From Candidatus Hydrogenedentota bacterium (lineage in GTDB: Bacteria; Hydrogenedentota; Hydrogenedentia; Hydrogenedentales; SLHB01), in contig CAVUWV010000026.1 in assembly GCA_963745075.1 (NCBI GenBank), positions 1 through 64,000 of the forward strand: a stretch of 64,000 nt of DNA, in the 5' to 3' direction. The translations under genes were made by a program, and so were the position numbers. Shown piece after piece: positions 9,292 to 18,461 of this stretch (position 1 is the first letter of the stretch; each line of letters begins with the position of its first letter). Below the pieces are notes generated by a model. The model saw nothing but the letters and a program-made list of their open reading frames with translations. It ran no database searches and was not told where the DNA came from.

Positions 9292-12200
9292 ATGGTACCG
9301 AAAATACTCAATTTGACCGCTGCGTTGTTCTGGATCGTGGGCGCTATTCTCGCCATACCCGCAGCCCATGCCGAACCCGTCACGCTTTTTGTCGCACCGA
9401 ATGGCAACGACGCATGGTCTGGCAGGTTGGATGCCCCCAATGCGGACGGGAACGACGGGCCACTCGCGACCATTACCGCCGCCCGGGACGCGTTGCGCAC
9501 GATGAAGGCCAACAACGGACTGGCCGATGGCGCGGTTGTGGAGATTCGGGGCGGCACGTATCCGATCACGGAAGCTATCCAGTTCACGCAGGAGGATTCG
9601 GGAAGGGAGGCGGGCGAGATTACCTATCGCGCCTATTCCGGCGAAGTGCCGGTCATTAGCGGTGGGCGAACCATCACGGGCTGGAAGAACGAGGGGAAGT
9701 TCTGGACCGCAGAAGTTCCGGAGGTCGCCGACGGAAGCTGGGATTTCAGTGCGCTGTGGGTCAATGGCGAACGGCGTCAACCGGCCCGCACCCCAAATGC
9801 CGCCCATCCCTGGGGCGACAATCCGCCGGATTCCGATTACTTCCGGACAGTGGGCCCGGTCATGGAGAAAGACGCGGAAGGTAAGGACGTTAAAAGCTCG
9901 ACGAAGTTTTACTACAACCCCGACGAACTTCAGCCTTGGGACGATCTGGACGATGCGATTGTCGTGGTCTTCCATTCCTGGGCCACGTCGTTGTTGCGCG
10001 TGAAGAATCTTGACCAGGAGAACCATATCGTCGAGTTTACCGGGCCCGCGCGGTGGTTCTTCGGATACTGGCAACCGGACCAGCGCTATTATGTCGAGCA
10101 TCTCTTCGAAGGTCTCGACCAACCCGGCGAATGGTATCTGAATCGCAAGACGGGCAAGGTCTACTACATCCCGATGCCGGGTGAAGATATGAACTCGGCG
10201 GAAGTCGTTGCACCGGTAGCGCGGCAATTGCTCGTGCTCGCAGGTAGCCCGGCGGAAGGGAAGTTTGTCGAGCACCTGCACTTTGAAGGCCTCGACTTCC
10301 TCTATACCGAATGTCCCATCGCTCCGGAGGGACACAGCGACGCGCAAGCGGCGTTTGCGGTGGATGCGGCGGTGCAGACTGTCGGCGCGCGGAACTGTTG
10401 GTTCGAAGACTGCAACATTAAACACGTCGGCAATTACGCGGTATGGTTCCGCACGGGAAGTCAACACAATCTCCTGCGGCACTGCGAACTCTACGATATG
10501 GGCGCGGGCGGAGTGCGCATCGGTGAAGGCGGCGATCCAGCGTCTGACAACGAAATCTGTGGACGCAACGTGGCCGACAATAACTTCATTCACGACGGCG
10601 GGCGCATCTTCCGCTCGGCGGTGGGTGCATGGATCGGGCGCAGTTCGTTCAACGAAGTCACGCACAACGAGATCTGCGACTTCCGATACTCCGGCGTGTC
10701 GGTGGGTTGGTCGTGGGGGTACGCGCCGAGTTCGGCGAACAATAATCACATCGACTACAACCACATCCACCACATCGGCCTCGGTCAGCTCAATGACATG
10801 GGCGGCATTTATACCTTGGGCGATTCACCGAGCACGACGCTGTTCGGAAACGTCATCCACGACGTGTGGTCGCATCCACGACTGTACGGCGGCTGGGGGT
10901 TGTACACCGACGAAGGCAGCAGTGAGATTCTGCTCGCCAACAACCTCGTATACAACGTCCGCACCGGCACGTTCCACCAACACTACGGCCGGGATAACCG
11001 GGTCGTAAACAACATCCTCGCGTACTCGGCTACGCCGCAGATCATTCGCTCCCGTGAAGAAGATCACAACTCGTTCTTCTTCGAGCGGAACATCGTCTAT
11101 TTCAACAACGGGCAGCTATTGGGAAGCACGTGGAAGAATGGCAACTGGACCGCGGACAACAATGTCTATTGGGACACGTCCGGACAGGTTCTCGACTTCG
11201 CGGGCCGCACGTGGGACGAGTGGCGGGCCGCGGGATACGATCAGCATTCCATCAATGCCGATCCGCTGTTTGTCGATGCCGAACACGGCGACTTCCGGCT
11301 CCGGGAAGACTCGCCCGCCCTCGCCGTCGGTTTCGTGCCCTTCGATTTCAGTAAAGCCGGACTCTACGGTGATCCGGACTGGGTAAACGCGCCCAAACAA
11401 ATTGCGCGGGAACCTTTCGCTCCCCCACCCGTCCCGCAACCGCATCATGTCAAGGACGACTTTGAATCGACGGAACCGGGGCAGCCCGCCGCCAATGCCA
11501 GCACCAACGGCGAGGAAGGCACCGCCCAGATTCGCGTCAGTGCCGACACGGCTGCCAACGGATCGCACAGTCTCAAGTTCACCGACGCGGAAGGCCTGGA
11601 CCGAAGCTACAATCCGCATCTCGTGTACAGCCCGCACCTGCGCAGCGGGCTGGCCGTGGGCGAGTTCAGCATCCGCGTCGATGAGGGCGCTTCCTTCTAC
11701 CACGAGTGGCGCGACAGCCGGAACCCCTATCGCGTTGGACCCTCGATCTGGTTCGATCCCGACGGAACCATTCGCGCATCGGGACAACCCGTCGCGAAAG
11801 CGCCGCTCGGCCAATGGATTCATGTGAAGATTACGTGTGCCCTCGGACGCGACGCCGACGGCACGTACGACTTGAAGATTCAGATCCCGGATCAAGACGA
11901 GCAGGATTTTCCCGCGCTGGCCTGCGGAAGCCCGGCCTTCAATCGGTTGGACTGGTACGGGTTCGTCTCGAATGCGACGCATCCTGCGACGGTCTACATC
12001 GACGATCTGAATCTGCGCGTGGAAAGCACCCGCAAGCCGACGTTGCTGTCGGTCGAGAAAATCTGGGACCAAGGCGGCCATAACGCCTTCACCGATTTGA
12101 CCCGGTTCAAGAACCGTTGGTTCTGCACGTTTCGTGAAGCGGAGGGGCATGTCAAAGGCGACGGGAAGATACGCATCATCTCGTCACCGGACGGCAATGC

Positions 12201-12951
12201 GTGGGAATCGGTTGGCCTGCTCGCGGAAGACGGCATCGACCTGCGTGACCCGAAGATTTCCATTACGCCGGACAACCGGTTGATGATCGTCATGGGCGGG
12301 TCGGTCTACCAGAACAACGAGTTGGTAGGTCGTCAACCGCGCGTCGCGTTTTCCCAGGACGGGACAACGTGGTCCGCGCCGCAGCGCATCCTCGACGAGG
12401 GCGACTGGTTGTGGCGTGTCACGTGGCACGACGGTATAGCCTACGGCGTGTCCTACAACATCAATTCCGGCGGGCCGGAAGAATGGCGTCTAAGTCTGTA
12501 TCGGAGCACGGACGGAATCCATTTTGAGCCGGTTACGAAGTTGGACGTGCCCGATCGGGCAAACGAGACAACACTCCGATTCCTGCCCGACGGCAGCATG
12601 GTCGCCTTGGTACGGCGCGAAGCAGGCACGAAACACTGCTGGATCGGCACCAGCAAATCGCCCTACACGGATTGGACCTGGACGGAGACGGATTATCAGA
12701 TAGGCGGTCCCAACTTCGTTTGCCTGCCTGACGGCAGCCTCTGGGCCGCGGGCCGCTACTATCCCGGCGGCGCGCAAACCGTGCTCGCGCGGATGACCAC
12801 GACGAGTTATGAACCGGTCCTTACCTTGCCCAGCGGCGGCGATTGCAGCTATCCGGGGTTGGTCTGGTACGACAACGTGCTGTGGATGAGCTACTACTCC
12901 TCGCACGAGGGAAAGACGAGCATCTATCTTGCAAAGATTGCGCTGGAGTGA
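9292..12951 (+). CDS. Multidomain secreted protein: right-handed beta-helix (GH141/pectin-lyase-like) + beta-sandwich + C-terminal sialidase-like propeller
   Basis: FVAPNGNDAWSG, GPLATITAARD, LDQPGEWYL, DMGGIYTLG, GWGLYTDEGSS; then HNAFTDL, DLRDPK, GDCSYPG, SYYSSHEGKTSIYLA. Confidence 0.85.
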   Translation: MVPKILNLTAALFWIVGAILAIPAAHAEPVTLFVAPNGNDAWSGRLDAPNADGNDGPLATITAARDALRTMKANNGLADGAVVEIRGGTYPITEAIQFTQEDSGREAGEITYRAYSGEVPVISGGRTITGWKNEGKFWTAEVPEVADGSWDFSALWVNGERRQPARTPNAAHPWGDNPPDSDYFRTVGPVMEKDAEGKDVKSSTKFYYNPDELQPWDDLDDAIVVVFHSWATSLLRVKNLDQENHIVEFTGPARWFFGYWQPDQRYYVEHLFEGLDQPGEWYLNRKTGKVYYIPMPGEDMNSAEVVAPVARQLLVLAGSPAEGKFVEHLHFEGLDFLYTECPIAPEGHSDAQAAFAVDAAVQTVGARNCWFEDCNIKHVGNYAVWFRTGSQHNLLRHCELYDMGAGGVRIGEGGDPASDNEICGRNVADNNFIHDGGRIFRSAVGAWIGRSSFNEVTHNEICDFRYSGVSVGWSWGYAPSSANNNHIDYNHIHHIGLGQLNDMGGIYTLGDSPSTTLFGNVIHDVWSHPRLYGGWGLYTDEGSSEILLANNLVYNVRTGTFHQHYGRDNRVVNNILAYSATPQIIRSREEDHNSFFFERNIVYFNNGQLLGSTWKNGNWTADNNVYWDTSGQVLDFAGRTWDEWRAAGYDQHSINADPLFVDAEHGDFRLREDSPALAVGFVPFDFSKAGLYGDPDWVNAPKQIAREPFAPPPVPQPHHVKDDFESTEPGQPAANASTNGEEGTAQIRVSADTAANGSHSLKFTDAEGLDRSYNPHLVYSPHLRSGLAVGEFSIRVDEGASFYHEWRDSRNPYRVGPSIWFDPDGTIRASGQPVAKAPLGQWIHVKITCALGRDADGTYDLKIQIPDQDEQDFPALACGSPAFNRLDWYGFVSNATHPATVYIDDLNLRVESTRKPTLLSVEKIWDQGGHNAFTDLTRFKNRWFCTFREAEGHVKGDGKIRIISSPDGNAWESVGLLAEDGIDLRDPKISITPDNRLMIVMGGSVYQNNELVGRQPRVAFSQDGTTWSAPQRILDEGDWLWRVTWHDGIAYGVSYNINSGGPEEWRLSLYRSTDGIHFEPVTKLDVPDRANETTLRFLPDGSMVALVRREAGTKHCWIGTSKSPYTDWTWTETDYQIGGPNFVCLPDGSLWAAGRYYPGGAQTVLARMTTTSYEPVLTLPSGGDCSYPGLVWYDNVLWMSYYSSHEGKTSIYLAKIALE

Positions 12952-14817
12952 CTACCAGGCACTGATGGGTTGAACCGTAACTTCCGGCTGTGCTCCACCA
13001 TCCGTCCAGACGGGCGCGAGTTGCACGGCGATCGTAACGTCACCGTCGCCGGGCACACGGACCAAGAGACGGTTCACACCTTTATTCGTCTTCTGCGGGG
13101 GTTGCTGCTCGGCGGAACCGACGGTGAACTGGGCGCCTTCGGGCGACAGGACGCGGGCGAGGAGTTGATTCCCGTCCAGCGTGAGCATGGCCGTGCCGTC
13201 CTCGTGCGGTTCAATTCCTGCGTCCGTGGTCATTCCCCACTGCACTTCGCAGGGTTTCGCGAGTGCAAATTCATCCTGGACCAAGACGCCTTTCCGGCCC
13301 TTCGTAACCGCAACACCGCGTGTGACGCTTTTCGCCAAGTCCGGGTAAGCGCTCGATAAGTCGAGCGTGACAAAGGCATGGTCAGGCTGCGATTCGAAGC
13401 GAAGAACTTTGGCGACGGCATTGGCGTCTTGATCGTTTCCATTCAACAACGGCACATTGTGGCTTTGCGAATTGAGACGGTAGTACTGCCAGCGCTTACC
13501 ACCTTTTCTCTTGTCCCAGTATCCGGGAAGATTGTAGTCATCTGAGCCGAGATCGCGCGCCCAACGCACGCCGAGGGCATCCATCTCGAAGTTCCCGAGA
13601 TCGAGATGACCGTGATTGACCTGGTTGTAGCCCCCTTTCACGCCGACGAACAAGGCGTTGGGGTCATCCCAGGCACTGCGCATCACCATGATGTCCACGG
13701 GACTCCGGAAATGGCGGTCCAGATTCCGGTCGCCCAACGGCACGCCGGATGGCGGCACGTACCACACGACGTGGCAGGCATCCGCGCCGTCTTTGGCTAC
13801 GACCGCATGTTCGGCGTCGCTGATGAAGGTATTGTCGTACTTCCGGGCGAGCCAGAACATGCACGGCATGGGACGCCGACGGGCTCGTTCGCCACTGTCC
13901 GCGTAGTTGAGCAAGAGTCCCGTCGGACCGGTCGCGTACGTAGGGAACAACCCCGTAACCGAGAGTCCCTTGATCGTGGACAACCCGAAGTCGGTACCCA
14001 ATGCCGTATCCATGGCGCAGAGGCCGTACGCCGTGTAGCGCGTGGCGTAATGCCAATAGCCCGGCCCTTCCATCCAGGCGCCATCCGGCCCATACGCGGC
14101 CAGGGCTTTCGGCAACGACGCGACGGCCCGAGGCACGATGTATTCCGCCCATGCGGGATCGGTGTCGGCAATCGCCAAAGCGCCGACCGTCAAGCCGCTG
14201 TTGCAGACCTGATTCCAGTTGAACTCGGACTTCGACCACCAGGCACCGCTGTTGTACGCCGTCTTCCCCGCCATCATCCCGTGTTGAATCAGTCCTTCGC
14301 GAATTTTCAAACGGGACTCATCCGACAAGTAGGGGTAAAACCAATCGTATCCGACACCGACGGCGTGCGACATTTCGGCGGTATCCAAGAAATGCGATGG
14401 GTTCCAGTCGGGAAAGGCGCAGACCGTGAGCAAGTTGGATTCGGCGGCTTTTGCGTACTTCTCGTCGCTGGTCCAACGCCAGGCGACACCGAGAGTGTAA
14501 ATCCGATGGAGGCAATTGCGGCTTACGCTGAGCAGTCGCGGCCCGACAAGCTTATGTTCGAGCGCCGGCAACGCCAATACGTCGTCGGCTTGCGCGAGCA
14601 CTTGCGAGACGTAATTCTGCAAAACCGGATCGGTCGGCGCTGCCGCCTTCAAAGCCGCCAGATGCTCATCCGTCAACATGAGCCGGGGATGCCCCTGCCG
14701 CAACATGCCTGGCAGGGCTTGCGGATCGACTGGTTCCAGGTTGGCTTCGCTGTACGCACAGATGGCGCCAACGATCATGAATACCGTAATGAATAGCAAA
14801 GGACGGATTCTACTCAT
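12952..14817 (-). CDS. Heparinase II/III-like polysaccharide lyase
   Basis: HPRL, WNPSHFLDTAEM, NWNQVC, EGPGYWHY, NHGHLDLGNF, SHN. Confidence 0.88.
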   Translation of the reverse strand: MSRIRPLLFITVFMIVGAICAYSEANLEPVDPQALPGMLRQGHPRLMLTDEHLAALKAAAPTDPVLQNYVSQVLAQADDVLALPALEHKLVGPRLLSVSRNCLHRIYTLGVAWRWTSDEKYAKAAESNLLTVCAFPDWNPSHFLDTAEMSHAVGVGYDWFYPYLSDESRLKIREGLIQHGMMAGKTAYNSGAWWSKSEFNWNQVCNSGLTVGALAIADTDPAWAEYIVPRAVASLPKALAAYGPDGAWMEGPGYWHYATRYTAYGLCAMDTALGTDFGLSTIKGLSVTGLFPTYATGPTGLLLNYADSGERARRRPMPCMFWLARKYDNTFISDAEHAVVAKDGADACHVVWYVPPSGVPLGDRNLDRHFRSPVDIMVMRSAWDDPNALFVGVKGGYNQVNHGHLDLGNFEMDALGVRWARDLGSDDYNLPGYWDKRKGGKRWQYYRLNSQSHNVPLLNGNDQDANAVAKVLRFESQPDHAFVTLDLSSAYPDLAKSVTRGVAVTKGRKGVLVQDEFALAKPCEVQWGMTTDAGIEPHEDGTAMLTLDGNQLLARVLSPEGAQFTVGSAEQQPPQKTNKGVNRLLVRVPGDGDVTIAVQLAPVWTDGGAQPEVTVQPISAW

Positions 14818-14834
14818 GAGAACTCCAAACGTCG

Positions 14835-17063
14835 TTAACCGCGGCTGCAAATCATCAGGATCGGGCAATCCGTAGCGCGAGCGATCTGCTGTGTGAAATG
14901 ACCCAGCAATTTTTGTCTCCGGCTTAGTCGTTGGACGCCCAGAATAAGGAGGTCGCACGAGGACGCGCGTTTGGCGACCTCGTCGACCGGAGAATCGCTG
15001 GTGACTACCACGATCTCAGTATGGGGAATGGACTGGTCGTGTGCAAAGTGATACAGCTCCCGTTTGATCGCAGCTTGGTCGCGCAACGTGGATTTCGCCG
15101 GCAGGACACGCAGAAACTCGACTTCCCGCTCCGCATCGCGCCCGAGACTGCCGATGAGGCGTGCCAACAACTGGTCGTGTCCCCCGCGCCCGCCAACCGG
15201 AACGAGAATGCGGCGGACGTCCGACAACCGCCATCCCGGTTTGGATCGCAAGACGACGATATCGCATTCGACGGTGCTGATCAGATGTTCGAGAGGAGAT
15301 TCAATCGCGTCATCGCTCAGTTTGCTGAGCCCCAACAGTAAGCTTTCACACGCATGAACCTTCGCGACGCGGCTGATTTCCTCCCAGGGACGCGACGCCA
15401 CCGTGGTCAAGGTCTCAGGGTATATCCCCCGCGCGGCGGACGCTGTGATCGCTTTCCGCAACACAGACTGCGCGTAGTCCAAGGGCTGAGGCACGGCCTC
15501 CGGTTGCCAATTCTCGGGCGCGGCGATGACCGTCAGCAGCACGACACGGCCCACGCCGGGCGGGATCAGCGCGTTTGCGACTTCGATCATGTTCTCCGCG
15601 TTCTCGGGATTGGCGACGGGAACCAGGGCGAGTGGACGCTTTCCGCGAAGCTGAATCACTTCGGGATCGAGGGCCGCGGCAGACGCGTCCACCACACGCG
15701 CACGGCGTGCAAACAGCACGAGGAAGAGGATGCCGCCCACGCCGAGCCAGGTGATCGTAATCGACCCCGCGCTGGGAACGGCGAACCCCTGAAATACCGC
15801 CAGGCCGGCGCAGGCGACGCCACCCAAAATGGGTACCAATGGAAACGCCGGGGACCGGAACGGCGGCGGACGATCGATGCTGCGTTGCCGCACGAGAACG
15901 GCGATCCAGTGCACGATGGCAAAGGTTATCAGAAAGATCAGACTCGACGCTGCACCGGCCGCGGCGACGCTCGGCAAGAGCGCAACCGTTACCGCAACGA
16001 TGATGGCGGTCACCACCACAGCGGTCCTCGGGATCTGCCGCTTGGTGGAAACCAATCCGAGTCTGCGCGGCAACGAGCGATCTCGCGCCATAACCAGGGC
16101 CACCCGTGACGCGGCGAAAAGGTTCGCCTGCAATGCAGACAACATTGACAAAATACCGGCGACCATGACAAGCCAGTATCCGAAGGGTCCAAGGAAATGC
16201 TGTGCGGCGATGGCAACGATCGTTTCCGGGTCGGCCTTACCGGCATCGGCTACGGAGATCCCCGGACTCATGCCCACGGTCGAGATGATAAGAAGAAGCG
16301 GCAGATAAATAAGCAGCGCAATTCCGAGCGAGTAAAACATGGCCCGCGGAAGATTTCGCTCGGGCTGACGCACTTCGCCCGCGACTGCGGCAATGAGATC
16401 GAATCCCTGCAACGCGATAAACGAGAATCCCATCGCGCGCAGCAAACCGACGCCACCCTGTGAGAAGAAGGGGCGCAGTCCCGCAGACCAATCCGTTGGT
16501 GCGCGGCGTGTCATCGCCCAGAGTCCACCCGCAATCACAATGGCGAATACGACGACCTTCGCAACGTTGGTGAATTTGCCGCCGCCCGCGCTTCGGCGCA
16601 GCAGGTCTACCGTGAAGTATGCAGTTGCGCATAGGGCCAGCACCTTGGGTGTCCACGGATTTGCCAGCCAGGCCGGCGCAGTCATTGCCCGCGATGCGTA
16701 GACCTCTGCTATCGCGGCACTGGCGAATGCGCCGAAACCAATTGCGTATAGAACGCCCGCGACGATCGATGCGAACCAGACTACCCAGCCTACGGCAAAG
16801 GCAGTCTCGACGGACAATACTTTTTTCGCGAAGGTGTAGGTGCCACCCGACTGGGGGAACTTGGAAGACATCTCCGCGAAGCTCATCGCGGTCAGGAACG
16901 CAATAATGCCGTTCAGGCCGAAGGCTACGATGGCACTCGGGCCCGTCGCCGCAAATGCGACACCGGCCAAGGCGAGAATTCCCCCGCCAACAATGGCACC
17001 GACACCGACACTTGTTGCGCCGAACAAGCCGATGTGTCGCTGAACGGTATCTCTAGGGGCCAA
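14835..17063 (-). CDS. APC-family amino acid permease fused to universal-stress-protein (USP) domains
   Basis: GVGAIVGGGI, FAEMSSKFPQSGGTY, AGEVRQPERNLPRA; soluble C-terminus LVPVANP...ILVPVGG...LLILG...CPIL. Confidence 0.9.
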   Translation of the reverse strand: MAPRDTVQRHIGLFGATSVGVGAIVGGGILALAGVAFAATGPSAIVAFGLNGIIAFLTAMSFAEMSSKFPQSGGTYTFAKKVLSVETAFAVGWVVWFASIVAGVLYAIGFGAFASAAIAEVYASRAMTAPAWLANPWTPKVLALCATAYFTVDLLRRSAGGGKFTNVAKVVVFAIVIAGGLWAMTRRAPTDWSAGLRPFFSQGGVGLLRAMGFSFIALQGFDLIAAVAGEVRQPERNLPRAMFYSLGIALLIYLPLLLIISTVGMSPGISVADAGKADPETIVAIAAQHFLGPFGYWLVMVAGILSMLSALQANLFAASRVALVMARDRSLPRRLGLVSTKRQIPRTAVVVTAIIVAVTVALLPSVAAAGAASSLIFLITFAIVHWIAVLVRQRSIDRPPPFRSPAFPLVPILGGVACAGLAVFQGFAVPSAGSITITWLGVGGILFLVLFARRARVVDASAAALDPEVIQLRGKRPLALVPVANPENAENMIEVANALIPPGVGRVVLLTVIAAPENWQPEAVPQPLDYAQSVLRKAITASAARGIYPETLTTVASRPWEEISRVAKVHACESLLLGLSKLSDDAIESPLEHLISTVECDIVVLRSKPGWRLSDVRRILVPVGGRGGHDQLLARLIGSLGRDAEREVEFLRVLPAKSTLRDQAAIKRELYHFAHDQSIPHTEIVVVTSDSPVDEVAKRASSCDLLILGVQRLSRRQKLLGHFTQQIARATDCPILMICSRG

Positions 17064-17193
17064 GCGCGTCTCCTTGTAAGATAATTGTCCGGGTTCCGGT
17101 TCGTATCATAACGAATCCATTGCTGGTATACCAATCTTCGGGAGCACATAAGCATTTAACATGATGGAACTTACCCACGCAATTAGAATTTGC

Positions 17194-17222
17194 TTGACAG
17201 GGGTGTCCCTAAAAAGTATAAT
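17194..17222 (+). promoter_or_regulatory. Consensus sigma70 promoter of the Rrf2/NO cluster
   Basis: TTGACA (17194-99), 17-bp spacer, TATAAT (17217-22), 21 bp before the Rrf2 ATG. Confidence 0.88.
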
Positions 17223-17243
17223 CACATGTGAAAAGAGGTTGCT

Positions 17244-17666
17244 ATGCTCTCAAAAACTGCTTTACACGCACTGCACGCTGTGGCCCAGTTGGCCGAACTC
17301 CCGGAAGGCCAGTTCCGCGGGGCGACATCCATTGCCGAGGAAATCGGTGCGCCGGCTAATTACCTGGGCAAGCTGCTCCAGTCCTTGGTTCAGGAAGGGA
17401 TCGTGTATTCCCAGAAGGGCATCGGCGGCGGTTTTCGTTTGGCAAAGAAGGCGTCTTCCATCCCGCTCTACAACGTCATTGAGCCGATCGACCATATCAG
17501 CAAGTGGTCCGGCTGTTTCATGGGACGCAGCCGATGCTCATCGGAGGAGCCTTGCGCGATGCATACCCGGTGGGCGAAGGTGCGAGACGAATACTTTTCG
17601 CTCCTAAAAGAGGCGACGATCGCCGATATCGCATCGGGTAAGAACAGTTTTGCGGTTTCCCCGTAA
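17244..17666 (+). CDS. Rrf2-family Fe-S transcriptional regulator (NsrR/IscR-like)
   Basis: wHTH YLGKLLQSL...SQKGIGGGFRL; three Cys in CFMGRSRCSSEEPCAMH. Confidence 0.93.
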   Translation: MLSKTALHALHAVAQLAELPEGQFRGATSIAEEIGAPANYLGKLLQSLVQEGIVYSQKGIGGGFRLAKKASSIPLYNVIEPIDHISKWSGCFMGRSRCSSEEPCAMHTRWAKVRDEYFSLLKEATIADIASGKNSFAVSP

Positions 17667-17729
17667 GTTCCATATTTTTGTGACACTAAATACGATAAGC
17701 ACATGCGATTATAGAAAGGAGCAAAACCA

Positions 17730-18389
17730 ATGGCATACTCTCCGATTCGTAGCCGCCTAAACAACATTCAATTTCTGGGCCTGCTTGCCTTACCCCTAGT
17801 CCTTTCTATGTCGGCCTTTGCGCATTGCGACACGTTGGACGGACCGGTCGTCACGGACGCGAAAACGGCGTTAGCCGAAAAGAACGTAGAACCCGTGCTG
17901 AAATGGGTCCGCCCTCAAGATGAAGCCGAGATTCGTGAGCTGTTCGCAAAGACCGTGAAGGTACGGGAAAGCGACGCCGAGGTCCGGGAACTGGTGGACC
18001 GGCACTTCTTCGAAACGCTTGTACGCGTCCATCGCGCCGGCGAAGGTGCACCTTTCACGGGACTGAAGCCTGCGGATACCCCGGTAGAACCCGGCATCGA
18101 GGGGGCCGAAGAGGCCTTGGCGACGGGTTCCGACAACGAGCTGGTCACGAATCTCCAGGCTGAACTCGGGAAGGCGCTGAATATGCGCTATTCGCACGTG
18201 CTCGAAGCCAGAGAGCGCTCAGATGAAAGCGTTGAGGCGGGGCGCGCGTACGTCGCCGCCTATGTCGAGTATATCCACTTCGTGGAGCGGCTCCATGAAA
18301 CCATTGCGTCGCCTTCGCACGAGGGCCACGGAGAAGCGCATGAAGGGCCTTCGTCATCGCACGACGAAGACCATGGAGACGGCGCGTGA
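17730..18389 (+). CDS. DUF6448-like exported protein with His-rich tail
   Basis: Signal peptide AFA|HCDTLDGPVV, FFETLVRVHRAGEGAPFTGLKP, GRAYVAAYVEYIHFVE; AAAGGAG RBS. Confidence 0.78.
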   Translation: MAYSPIRSRLNNIQFLGLLALPLVLSMSAFAHCDTLDGPVVTDAKTALAEKNVEPVLKWVRPQDEAEIRELFAKTVKVRESDAEVRELVDRHFFETLVRVHRAGEGAPFTGLKPADTPVEPGIEGAEEALATGSDNELVTNLQAELGKALNMRYSHVLEARERSDESVEAGRAYVAAYVEYIHFVERLHETIASPSHEGHGEAHEGPSSSHDEDHGDGA

Positions 18390-18461
18390 TACGCCGAGTG
18401 AAAACGTATTTTTAGGGCCGATTTTCGAGAGTCGAACTGCGGAAAGTATTGAGGAAGAGTC

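Noticed and set aside
9126..9587. N-terminal extension of the 1380-aa ORF
   Set aside because: Overlaps the divergent gene at 9292; a strong RBS and signal peptide place the start at 9125
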